Source: a virus (Duplodnaviria; Caudoviricetes). From it: a DNA stretch of 39,041 bases. Of this stretch, positions 7,673 through 15,489 are shown one piece after another (position 1 is the stretch's first letter; the number at the start of each line of letters is the position of its first letter). A program made the position numbers and the translations under genes. The DNA lies in IMG/VR virus record IMGVR_UViG_3300016476_000446, positions 1-39,041 of that record; one strand, 5' to 3'. A model generated the notes under the pieces. It saw only the letters and a program-made list of their open reading frames with translations, was not told where the DNA came from and made no database searches.

Positions 7673-8085
7673 TGAACGTACTCGGTGTTTTAAAATACAA
7701 GTTTCTAGAATGGAAGTATGACCGTATACTCAAACGTAGCGGTCATACTAGCTGGGAACGATATTTTCGAGCCAACGACCCGGATTTTTTCATTCGTGGT
7801 CAAACAATAAAAGAAATGTTCGCTGGTTACCCATACGTAGCACGGGTTGACTATAAACACCTTGAATACACCGTTGATGGCATGTGGGGCGAAATATGGA
7901 ACGGTGACAACGTTTTAAACTGGTGCAACACTAATTGTCGTGGTAAACATCGTTGGCAGTGGGAACGTGTAATTACTGATCACATGGGGCAATATGCACC
8001 AGATGGTATAGCTGGCAGTGATGAACTGTTTTTTGGTTTCAAAGACGAACGTGATTATTTTTTGTTTATACTGAGGTGGTCATGA
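7672..8085 (+). CDS. LRW-domain family protein 1
   Basis: VLNWCNTNC...FGFKDERDYFLFILRWS. Confidence 0.8.
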   Translation: MNVLGVLKYKFLEWKYDRILKRSGHTSWERYFRANDPDFFIRGQTIKEMFAGYPYVARVDYKHLEYTVDGMWGEIWNGDNVLNWCNTNCRGKHRWQWERVITDHMGQYAPDGIAGSDELFFGFKDERDYFLFILRWS

Positions 8086-8357
8086 TACTTGATTATAGAG
8101 AGTTCGATGAAAAGATCGAACAACATTATTACAATATGATTCTTGAACAAAATATAGCGTATCTTAAAGAACATGGTGTGGGACCATATCACTATGACGG
8201 AAAGTTTGCTAATCGTGTAGAACCCTACTTCGATGCTGGGTATTGGATGCAATATTACAAATGGCTCGAGGCTGAGTACCGTGTGGTTTGTAATAATTAC
8301 AAACTTGTATTTCTATCTGATAAAGACGCATTATTATTCATTTTGAGGTGGTCATGA
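8082..8357 (+). CDS. LRW-domain family protein 2
   Basis: YYKWLEAE...VFLSDKDALLFILRWS; ATGA overlap. Confidence 0.8.
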   Translation: MILDYREFDEKIEQHYYNMILEQNIAYLKEHGVGPYHYDGKFANRVEPYFDAGYWMQYYKWLEAEYRVVCNNYKLVFLSDKDALLFILRWS

Positions 8358-8539
8358 TAAGATGCAACATTACAGACGGTGATGACAGGGTTGACAAAAT
8401 CAAATATGATTGGATTAAACAAAACCTACCCAATGAAGTTTACTGTATAAGAGACACGGGGTTTTTTATTAGTGATTACGTGGTGGAGTTTAAAGACGAA
8501 AAATATGCAACCCTCTATCTGTTACGATTTTCAAAATGA
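8354..8539 (+). CDS. LRW-domain family protein 3
   Basis: YDWIKQNL...VEFKDEKYATLYLLRFSK. Confidence 0.8.
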   Translation: MIRCNITDGDDRVDKIKYDWIKQNLPNEVYCIRDTGFFISDYVVEFKDEKYATLYLLRFSK

Positions 8540-8709
8540 GTTGGATACTTGTTCCCAAAAGAGATAGAAGACACTATGACGGGTTTATTAGGTGGCTTAA
8601 TGAAAATGCAGGGCACTACGAATTTGATGAAAAAGATGGTTACCAATACATTAAAATTAGCGACCCAAAACTCGAAACATTGGCTGTATTAAGATGGCAA
8701 TTATATTAG
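8536..8709 (+). CDS. LRW-domain family protein 4 (57 aa, missed by the ORF track)
   Basis: MSWILVPKRDRRHYDGFIRWLNENAGHYEFDEKDGYQYIKISDPKLETLAVLRWQLY; ATGA overlap. Confidence 0.75.
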   Translation: MSWILVPKRDRRHYDGFIRWLNENAGHYEFDEKDGYQYIKISDPKLETLAVLRWQLY

Positions 8710-8927
8710 AAACTGAGTTGTTAGACAAGGTTTTTCACAAATGGCGGTATTCTAAATTGGATCACTCACGCTATCCTATGAGATACGTTCGTAATCACCG
8801 AGATCAGCGATTTGAAAGTTGGCTTTGGGATCAGGGTTTTACAGTCATCCAACAAAACAAAAAACGCTATTTAAAATTTGACGGTGACGAACGCCGACTA
8901 ACACTATTTTTATTAAAGTGGACATGA
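8694..8927 (+). CDS. LRW-domain family protein 5
   Basis: FESWLWDQG...LKFDGDERRLTLFLLKWT. Confidence 0.8.
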   Translation: MAIILETELLDKVFHKWRYSKLDHSRYPMRYVRNHRDQRFESWLWDQGFTVIQQNKKRYLKFDGDERRLTLFLLKWT

Positions 8928-9181
8928 TGCAAGAATGGGTAGATTTGAAAACTGTTCAATGGGCTTATGCTCATTCGCAGAAGTATCAATCTCCAGAATT
9001 CCCAAAAGGACACGCTGGTATTGAAAATGCATTTGGGTTTAAAGTAGTTACTGACCTTTCTGGCAGTGTTACTAGGTATTACTCATCTACTCGAAAATTT
9101 TATACAGATGAGGATAGACAAATATTAGTTGACTTTAAAGACGAAAAGTGCTTAACTATGTTTCTACTAAGGTGGTCATAA
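8924..9181 (+). CDS. LRW-domain family protein 6
   Basis: VDFKDEKCLTMFLLRWS. Confidence 0.8.
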   Translation: MMQEWVDLKTVQWAYAHSQKYQSPEFPKGHAGIENAFGFKVVTDLSGSVTRYYSSTRKFYTDEDRQILVDFKDEKCLTMFLLRWS

Positions 9182-9411
9182 TGAAAAAATGGGATAATAG
9201 AAAAGACACTCTTTGGTTGTTGACCGAAGAAGAACTTGACGAATTGCCTGATGGCTCTAGACTATTGTCTATTAACAATGACATTGTTCCAAAGACTGCG
9301 GACCTTGACAGAGATACAAGGTTTGGTGTATTGGCTTATGGGCTTACTGAAACCCTTGCAAAACAGCAAGGCCTCGAAGATAAATTTCTTATCTGGATGA
9401 TGAAATCATGA
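9181..9411 (+). CDS. Hypothetical protein
   Basis: TAATG coupling to the upstream LRW gene; DRDTRFGVLAYG segment. Confidence 0.7.
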   Translation: MKKWDNRKDTLWLLTEEELDELPDGSRLLSINNDIVPKTADLDRDTRFGVLAYGLTETLAKQQGLEDKFLIWMMKS

Positions 9412-9629
9412 CACTGTACAACACCACGCAACCTATTTTTCTTCCATGCAACGCTCTTGCAATTTTTGATGTTCCTAGCGAAATGGGATATCGATGCACG
9501 ACATGTTTTGCAATGGTGGGAAGTGTGGGGCAATCCGACCACTGCAAAGCCGAAGCTGAAAAATGGAAAACTATTGAAGCAATGGGCGGGAAAGGATGGG
9601 ATTATAGACTGGGGCAACAAAAAGCATGA
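9408..9629 (+). CDS. Small Cys-containing (Zn-binding?) protein
   Basis: LPCN...YRCTTCFAMVGS...HC. Confidence 0.7.
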   Translation: MTLYNTTQPIFLPCNALAIFDVPSEMGYRCTTCFAMVGSVGQSDHCKAEAEKWKTIEAMGGKGWDYRLGQQKA

Positions 9630-10105
9630 CTGAGTTATATGATCAATCTCGAGCTGCGAGTGTGACTGCAACCGCACAGGTGTTGTTGCCAATAATTCGA
9701 AGAACGTTGCCTACTATAATTGCTAACGATCTTATCGGTGTACAACCCATGACGGGAGCGTTTGCTGGTATATTCAGCGGGTCTAATGGTCGTAGTACAT
9801 TTCAACAGCAAGGCCGAATATTGCGCAATGGTTACCCTGGTAGGATTAACATGGAAAAAATTCATTATCAACACTTTCTTAAAGTATATAATCGCCGCAC
9901 CCGGCATCATCCAGAATATCTTACAGGTCTTGGATATCAGAAAATTAGACTCACGCGCCGTGACGACGTTGCACACAATGCAAACAATGCATTATCTTGG
10001 TGTAAGAAAACTCTAAAACCTGGAAGCTATGTTTACAGTAGTGGCGACTTTTGGTTTGCATATGACCGTGATGCAATGCTTTTTAGTTTGAGATGGGGAT
10101 CATGA
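9626..10105 (+). CDS. LRW-domain family protein 7 with N-terminal gp23 (Gol-region) fragment
   Basis: VLLPIIRRTLPTIIANDLIGVQPMTG at aa 19-44; C-terminus ALSWCKKTL...FWFAYDRDAMLFSLRWGS. Confidence 0.8.
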   Translation: MTELYDQSRAASVTATAQVLLPIIRRTLPTIIANDLIGVQPMTGAFAGIFSGSNGRSTFQQQGRILRNGYPGRINMEKIHYQHFLKVYNRRTRHHPEYLTGLGYQKIRLTRRDDVAHNANNALSWCKKTLKPGSYVYSSGDFWFAYDRDAMLFSLRWGS

Positions 10106-10305
10106 GAGATACAGTTAGAGTAAGATTTATTAAAACTGCTATGGTACACGGCAGAGACGTAAGCTGGGCTGAATATAATTGGAATTCTGATGAAAGCTAC
10201 TGGTACTGCATTGATGGTAAGAGTTCAGAAGGATTCTTTAGAATAAATCCAGAATTTACCAGGATGATGGACGACAGCCATATGACATTTCATTCACTAA
10301 AGTAA
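10102..10305 (+). CDS. Hypothetical protein
   Basis: ATGA overlap. Confidence 0.65.
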   Translation: MRDTVRVRFIKTAMVHGRDVSWAEYNWNSDESYWYCIDGKSSEGFFRINPEFTRMMDDSHMTFHSLK

Positions 10306-10309
10306 CATT

Positions 10310-10528
10310 ATGTTTTTCAAAGTTCTTATAAAAGACACTGGCACCTATCCAGACTATCGAGATGAATTTCTCGATATAGAAAATTGGGCTGAAGACCATT
10401 GCTCCAGTTATGTGTATATGAAAATAACAGACGTAGCTGACGTTACTATGGAATACGATGCTATTGCTGAGTATCATTTTAGAGAAGAACGTGATGTCAC
10501 GTTATTCACGCTGAGGTGGAGTAGATGA
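10310..10528 (+). CDS. LRW-domain family protein 8
   Basis: IENWAEDHC...YHFREERDVTLFTLRWSR. Confidence 0.8.
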   Translation: MFFKVLIKDTGTYPDYRDEFLDIENWAEDHCSSYVYMKITDVADVTMEYDAIAEYHFREERDVTLFTLRWSR

Positions 10529-10875
10529 AACCCTTTAACATAAAAAAAGAAATAGTTACAGCAAAATCACGAACTCTGAAAGCAACTTGGACTGTTGAAA
10601 AGGCACAAGATATTAGCTCTGTGATAGATGACAATCTAGCCAAAATTCTGCAAGAAGAAATAGACAGAGAAGTTTTAAATCAGATAAACTGGGAATTTAT
10701 TAAATCTAAAAATTGGATTGAAGTTAAAATCCCTGCATATTCTGATAAAATCCCCGTTTGGTGTGAGAGTAATCTCAAACACGACTATAAAGAATTTGAT
10801 AAGGTTTATTGGTATTTTGAATCTGAGCAAGATGCTACAATGTTTACACTAAGGTGGAGTTCAAAGTATGAGTGA
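10525..10875 (+). CDS. LRW-domain family protein 9 with N-terminal gp23 (strand plus spine-helix) fragment
   Basis: FNIKKEIVTAKSRTLKATWTVEKAQD...LAKILQEEIDREVL; C-terminus PVWCESNL...WYFESEQDATMFTLRWSS. Confidence 0.8.
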   Translation: MKPFNIKKEIVTAKSRTLKATWTVEKAQDISSVIDDNLAKILQEEIDREVLNQINWEFIKSKNWIEVKIPAYSDKIPVWCESNLKHDYKEFDKVYWYFESEQDATMFTLRWSSKYE

Positions 10876-11191
10876 TCCACTTAGCCTTGCAGATGCATTG
10901 CGGCGCAGGGCACACTGGCTTAATAGTAATAACAAAACCAACAGCCATATGGAATATGGCTGGGCTGATACTAAAAACGTAGTTGGTGCATTGTTGGAAA
11001 TGGCTGATGTTGTTGATAGTTGGAGCGGTGAATATCTTAGCAAAGAGGATGCCGAGGCCGAGTTTTTGCGTAGAAGATATGGCTACACTGATGAAAACGG
11101 CGTGAGACATACTGGAGATTATGACGCAAAGCCCTTGACACTAGACGAGCGTCGTGCTATATCTGCAGAAACCCGCAATACATACAGGTAG
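10868..11191 (+). CDS. Hypothetical protein
   Basis: Coupled ORF; its 3' end overlaps a promoter. Confidence 0.6.
   Translation: MSDPLSLADALRRRAHWLNSNNKTNSHMEYGWADTKNVVGALLEMADVVDSWSGEYLSKEDAEAEFLRRRYGYTDENGVRHTGDYDAKPLTLDERRAISAETRNTYR
11135..11163 (+). promoter_or_regulatory. Sigma70-type promoter
   Basis: TTGACA-17 nt-TATATC with TG before -10. Confidence 0.65.
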
Positions 11192-11195
11192 CAAC

Positions 11196-11948
11196 ATGCC
11201 CGCGATTAAAGTTTACAAAGCACACGGACAAATGGTTCCAGTTGACGATGCAAAAGTGGCAAAAGCCTTCATTTGTCCTTGGACCAAGGAAATTTATTCA
11301 TCCAAACGTAGTTATGTAAGCCACCTAAAACGGTTGCGTACTGAACGTATGCATAAGAGGGCAAAAGATCTACGTTTCCAGCGTAAACTTGAGGACCTGT
11401 GGGATCAGCCAGATTTCAATTCTATTGTCAAATGGATTAATCTCAATTCAGATGTGTTTTGGGAAAATGCAAAACGTCAGGGCTGGGCCAGTGATGCTAG
11501 TCGCTGGGACAAAATTCGTGACAAATTTGAAATTAAAATCGTTCATCTAAGTCTTGATTACAGTGATTGCATCAGTAACAGTCATAATTGCCCCCGCAAT
11601 GGGGTAACCAACTGGGGTGGTACTACTAAACTTAAAGATGGTACCCCCGCGCCCCGTGGGTATCCAGGGTTTAGGGGAAACATTAAGATCCAGTTGCCAG
11701 TTGAACCCCTTAGTTTTGCTAGTGATGTACTGAGAGGTACTGGCATCCATACTGGTTCCGGTGGTGGAGGTGGCAGTGGCCACTATGGATATGACGTTAA
11801 GTTTTTCCTAGACGATTGGCCTGGCTTGGCCAAAAGTGTGAAAACTGCAATCGAAGCACACGAAAAGCAACAAACATTTAATGCAGTGAGCGGAAAATCT
11901 TCTTATCCATTTTCTATGGGTTTTAACTATGGCAAAGATAAAAGATAA
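11196..11948 (+). CDS. Hypothetical phage protein
   Basis: AGGT SD before ATG 11196; SNSHNCPRNGVTNWG, RGYPGFRG and GIHTGSGGG segments. Confidence 0.75.
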   Translation: MPAIKVYKAHGQMVPVDDAKVAKAFICPWTKEIYSSKRSYVSHLKRLRTERMHKRAKDLRFQRKLEDLWDQPDFNSIVKWINLNSDVFWENAKRQGWASDASRWDKIRDKFEIKIVHLSLDYSDCISNSHNCPRNGVTNWGGTTKLKDGTPAPRGYPGFRGNIKIQLPVEPLSFASDVLRGTGIHTGSGGGGGSGHYGYDVKFFLDDWPGLAKSVKTAIEAHEKQQTFNAVSGKSSYPFSMGFNYGKDKR

Positions 11949-11960
11949 TCGCAAAACCCG

Positions 11961-11989
11961 TTGACATATACAGTGTAGCGTGTTAATTT
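11961..11989 (+). promoter_or_regulatory. Sigma70-type promoter
   Basis: TTGACA-17 nt-TAATTT, followed by GGAGGT SD. Confidence 0.65.
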
Positions 11990-12010
11990 AACTTATAAAG
12001 GAGGTGGCCC

Positions 12011-12712
12011 ATGTGGGAAGATACTTATTTAAACGACATTTGGCGACATGGGTCCAGCGATAGTGAAATGCGAACTATCGCAAGTTGGGTCTGTGATCAC
12101 TACGAAAAAACCAAGACCGAGCATAAAACCTCTTGTAAGTTTAAGGTGGGCGACCATGTAAGGCTTAAAGCTGGTCATGCAAAAATGATTGTTGTAAAAG
12201 TCAAAGGCAACACCATTCAAGCTGACTATATTAGCAGAAAGAATGCCGGATATACTGGCAATCTCAAATGGCGTTCAGAAAACGATTATGTGCGTTTTAA
12301 CTCGATTGATAACACTGAAACTGATGAAATCCAAGAAGGGAATACTGAAATGAAGAATAAACTTTACCAAACCAAAGAATCCACCCCGCGTTTCGGCATT
12401 CTGCTTGCCGTTAATAGTCAAGGCAAACTTGTACTTGAAATGAAGGGATCCGGCGATGTGTTGGCTTTTGACAAAGCTGATGTCGAAGTTGTCATGCCCT
12501 ACACGTTTGCAGTCAAGTTCCCCAACACTGGAACTGAGTACCACTACCTTGGTACCGAAGGTGAAGTTGAAGTTAACGATCTCGTCATGCTTGACAGCTC
12601 GCCGATTGGTAAGTTCGACATTGCCAGAGTTACTGCGGTGAATACTCGTAGCGAATCCGCGAACGTTGTATTCAAAGGTTCCAAAATCCTTACCAAACGT
12701 ATTGGTGGATAA
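12011..12712 (+). CDS. Protein with SH3/KOW-like (YodC/DUF2158-like) modules
   Basis: FKVGDHVRLKAGHAKMIV; strong SD. Confidence 0.65.
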   Translation: MWEDTYLNDIWRHGSSDSEMRTIASWVCDHYEKTKTEHKTSCKFKVGDHVRLKAGHAKMIVVKVKGNTIQADYISRKNAGYTGNLKWRSENDYVRFNSIDNTETDEIQEGNTEMKNKLYQTKESTPRFGILLAVNSQGKLVLEMKGSGDVLAFDKADVEVVMPYTFAVKFPNTGTEYHYLGTEGEVEVNDLVMLDSSPIGKFDIARVTAVNTRSESANVVFKGSKILTKRIGG

Positions 12713-12722
12713 GGATAGTAAA

Positions 12723-13190
12723 ATGGACAGCGATGATTGGCACTCTGCTCACGGTCTAGCACCAGCTGGTACACCTGCTTATGGTGTACCAGCACCAAAG
12801 CTAAGTGAAAAGCTTAAGAAAACTCTTGAAGAACTTGAGCAAGCTCGTGTTAAGGGAATTGAAGCCCAAGCTGCTGCTGACATGGAGGCTATCCGTCGCG
12901 CCAGAGCAGACCTTGAAGATTGGTTAGAACATGTTCGAGTTGAACTAGTCTCGCAAATTGAGCGTGGTCGTGTTCCTCTTAAAAAAGTTAGAGACTATAA
13001 TCGACAAGATTGGTTGCGGTCTGCTAACAAAGGCCATGCTACTAATCATGATCTATGGACTAAGTTTAGAGCGTTTTGGGTTAAGGAAGGCCTAGAACCT
13101 GTGTTGGAAGAAGCACACGACGGTGTCGGCGTAGAAAGCTGGATTAACCTTACAGTTAAACTCCTTCCGCCCCGTCCTAGAGGAGTTTAA
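12723..13190 (+). CDS. Hypothetical coiled-coil protein
   Basis: AAGGA SD before ATG 12723; AHDGVGVESWI segment. Confidence 0.7.
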   Translation: MDSDDWHSAHGLAPAGTPAYGVPAPKLSEKLKKTLEELEQARVKGIEAQAAADMEAIRRARADLEDWLEHVRVELVSQIERGRVPLKKVRDYNRQDWLRSANKGHATNHDLWTKFRAFWVKEGLEPVLEEAHDGVGVESWINLTVKLLPPRPRGV

Positions 13191-13191
13191 T

Positions 13192-13449
13192 ATGAAAGTT
13201 AAAGACTTAATTCGTGAACTGCAATTAATGGATCCAGAAATGGAAGTAATTATGCAGGGTGATGCAGAAGGCAACAATTACAGCCCTCTAAGAGGGGTGG
13301 ATGAAAATTGCGTGTATATTGCAGAAACCACCTGGTATGGTGATGTATACAGCACAACCTGGACTCCTGATGAAGCAAACATGGATCCAGAAGATTGGGC
13401 AGAGATCTTAGCTAAACCCAGGTGCGTTGTGCTATATCCTGTAAACTAA
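13192..13449 (+). CDS. Small acidic phage protein, MKVKDLI family
   Basis: AGGAG SD; DAEGNNYSPL...VVLYPVN. Confidence 0.75.
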   Translation: MKVKDLIRELQLMDPEMEVIMQGDAEGNNYSPLRGVDENCVYIAETTWYGDVYSTTWTPDEANMDPEDWAEILAKPRCVVLYPVN

Positions 13450-13450
13450 A

Positions 13451-13714
13451 ATGCGCTGGCAAGTTTACGTTCACAATCCATCAAAACGGGCAGCATTAGT
13501 TGAAAATCTGTTAAAGTGTGATTTTGAAGTTTACCTATGGCGCAATTCAAATAGGGTTACATTTGAAGGCACACCTGCTCGTATAACTATGTTTTTGTTG
13601 AAACATACTATAGATGGAATGCTCTACAAACACAACTTTCCAAATCCAGCAGAGTCGGATCTGTCTTATAGAATTTCAAAATTATCCAAATCATTAGAAA
13701 TTGATTATAAGTAG
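13451..13714 (+). CDS. Hypothetical protein with internal LRW-like motif
   Basis: VTFEGTPARITMFLLKH. Confidence 0.6.
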   Translation: MRWQVYVHNPSKRAALVENLLKCDFEVYLWRNSNRVTFEGTPARITMFLLKHTIDGMLYKHNFPNPAESDLSYRISKLSKSLEIDYK

Positions 13715-13717
13715 GGT

Positions 13718-14503
13718 ATGAAAAAGATAATAGCTGGGCCATGCCAACATGAAAGTTTTGAACAATCATTAGAAATTGCATTAACATGCAAAGAAGTTTG
13801 TGATCAATACGGTTTTGAATATTATTTTAAAGCAAGTTTTGACAAAGCAAACCGCACAAGTGCTGAAAGCCAACGTGGTGTTGGATTTCAAAAGACTATG
13901 GAAGATTTTGGTAAGTTAAAAGATCGTATTCCAGATTTAAAAATATTGACTGATGTGCATACTGTTCCACAAGTCATGATGATCAAGGATTTATACGCAG
14001 ACGAAGTTGACGTAATACAAATTCCTGCATTTTTGTGCAGACAGACTGACCTTGTAGTAGCTGCTTGCAAATCTGGAAAGATCGTTAACATAAAAAAAGG
14101 GCAGTTTCTTGCTCCATGGGACGTGGATGGGGTGTTATCAAAAACAACCTCCGCAAAAGAAGTTTGGATAACTGAAAGGGGAACTAGTTTTGGTTACAAT
14201 ACTCTTGTGGTCGACTTTACTGGTATGCAGTATATTTTGGATAATTGGTGCAATGATCTTGTTTTCGATGCGACACACTCTGTTCAGCGTCCTGGGGGTC
14301 TGGGGAACTCGAGTGGGGGTAATCGCTCCTATGTTCCTGGTCTTTGTCGGGCTGCTAGTGCAATGGGTGTTAATAATTTCTTTATAGAAGTTCACCCAGA
14401 TCCTGACAATGCACCGAGTGATGGCCCAAATACTTTAAAATTATCTGATTTTGAAAATCTAGTATATGAAATCCACCGCTATTCTTATTCCAGCCAGGTA
14501 TAA
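13718..14503 (+). CDS. kdsA: 3-deoxy-D-manno-octulosonate 8-phosphate (KDO8P) synthase
   Basis: IIAGPC, KASFDKANRTS, QIPAFLCRQTDL, NIKKGQF, TERG, FDATHSVQ and EVHPDPDNAPSDG motifs. Confidence 0.97.
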   Translation: MKKIIAGPCQHESFEQSLEIALTCKEVCDQYGFEYYFKASFDKANRTSAESQRGVGFQKTMEDFGKLKDRIPDLKILTDVHTVPQVMMIKDLYADEVDVIQIPAFLCRQTDLVVAACKSGKIVNIKKGQFLAPWDVDGVLSKTTSAKEVWITERGTSFGYNTLVVDFTGMQYILDNWCNDLVFDATHSVQRPGGLGNSSGGNRSYVPGLCRAASAMGVNNFFIEVHPDPDNAPSDGPNTLKLSDFENLVYEIHRYSYSSQV

Positions 14504-15167
14504 CTCATCCAGATTTCCAGGCAAGCCGTTGGCTATTATGGATGGCGATCCATTAATAGTTAGAACCGTAAAGCAGTGTTTGAAAACAGGACTTCCGGTA
14601 TACGTATTAACTGATGATTACAGAATTGAAAGTGCTGTAAGTTCATATACAACTGTATATCTTGATGAAACACGCAAGCCAGATAATGGTACTGAACGGT
14701 GTGCAAATGCTATTCAAACCCATATGTTTGACAAGTATGATAAATTTGTCAACGTTCAGGGAGATATGCCAGATATCACTCCAGAGATTGTGTTTTCAGT
14801 TATAAAGTGTTTGGAAGACTATTCGGTGTCTACTGCAAACACACACATGCCTGCAAAATACCGTGACGATCCAAACACAGTTAAGTTGGTACGCAGCAAC
14901 CGTGAATGTCTTTGGTTCGGAAGAGGAATGGTGGGTTATGGTGAATGGCACTTAGGGGTATACGGTTATTCACGTAGTGCATTGGAAGCATACCCACGTT
15001 TGGGGTTTTCTATTGAAGAAGAAGTCGAAAAATTGGAGCAACTTAGGTGGTTGAAAAATGGCTATAAAATTGGATGCGCTTATGTTGAGTTTAAGGGTGT
15101 AGAAATCAATACACCAGAAGATATTGAGAAATGGTATGAAGTCAGGAAAAGTTTGGGGAACCACTGA
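14466..15167 (+). CDS. kdsB: CMP-KDO synthetase
   Basis: IPARYNSSRFPGKPLA, GTER, VNVQGD, HLGVYGY and EKLEQLRWL motifs. Confidence 0.95.
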   Translation: MKSTAILIPARYNSSRFPGKPLAIMDGDPLIVRTVKQCLKTGLPVYVLTDDYRIESAVSSYTTVYLDETRKPDNGTERCANAIQTHMFDKYDKFVNVQGDMPDITPEIVFSVIKCLEDYSVSTANTHMPAKYRDDPNTVKLVRSNRECLWFGRGMVGYGEWHLGVYGYSRSALEAYPRLGFSIEEEVEKLEQLRWLKNGYKIGCAYVEFKGVEINTPEDIEKWYEVRKSLGNH

Positions 15168-15489
15168 GTTAGTGGAGGCTAACGGAACGTTAGAGTTCCA
15201 TAGAATTGAAATGGAAGCGGGCGGAGTGTGCTCTAAGCATCTTCACGAATACAAATGGAATGGATTTTTTGTCGAGTCCGGTAAAATGTTGATCCGTGTT
15301 TGGCAAAAAGATTATGATCTGGTTGATGAAACGATTCTTGAAGCTGGAGAATACACTAAGGTAAAACCCGGGGTTTACCACCAATTTGAGTGTATTGAAT
15401 CCGGTGTTGCGTTTGAGTTGTATTGGGCAGAATTCAACCACAACGACATTAAAAGAGAAACTGTTGGATTTAAAAATGAAAACCTCTAG
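15136..15489 (+). CDS. Cupin-domain protein (sugar isomerase-like)
   Basis: KVWG...CSKHLHEYKWNGFFVESG...VKPGVYHQF. Confidence 0.8.
   Translation: MKSGKVWGTTELVEANGTLEFHRIEMEAGGVCSKHLHEYKWNGFFVESGKMLIRVWQKDYDLVDETILEAGEYTKVKPGVYHQFECIESGVAFELYWAEFNHNDIKRETVGFKNENL

Noticed and set aside
7672-10875. Integron cassette array, CRISPR array or DGR as the explanation of the repeated gene ends
   Set aside because: The genes overlap with no attC-like intergenic hairpins, there are no regular repeat-spacer units, and no integrase, Cas or reverse transcriptase is in the window.
9626-10875. Fragmented major capsid pseudogene
   Set aside because: The two gp23-like pieces sit in separate intact, translationally coupled ORFs, each fused to an LRW domain, and the ORFs between them are not capsid-like.
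7672-13714. Stop-codon reassignment producing apparently short ORFs
   Set aside because: The ORFs change frame through ATGA/TAATG overlaps, and long conserved genes translate intact in the standard code.
13718-15167. Host chromosomal contamination or prophage boundary at kdsA/kdsB
   Set aside because: The genes abut or overlap phage-type ORFs with similar AT-rich composition, and no integrase or att site is visible.
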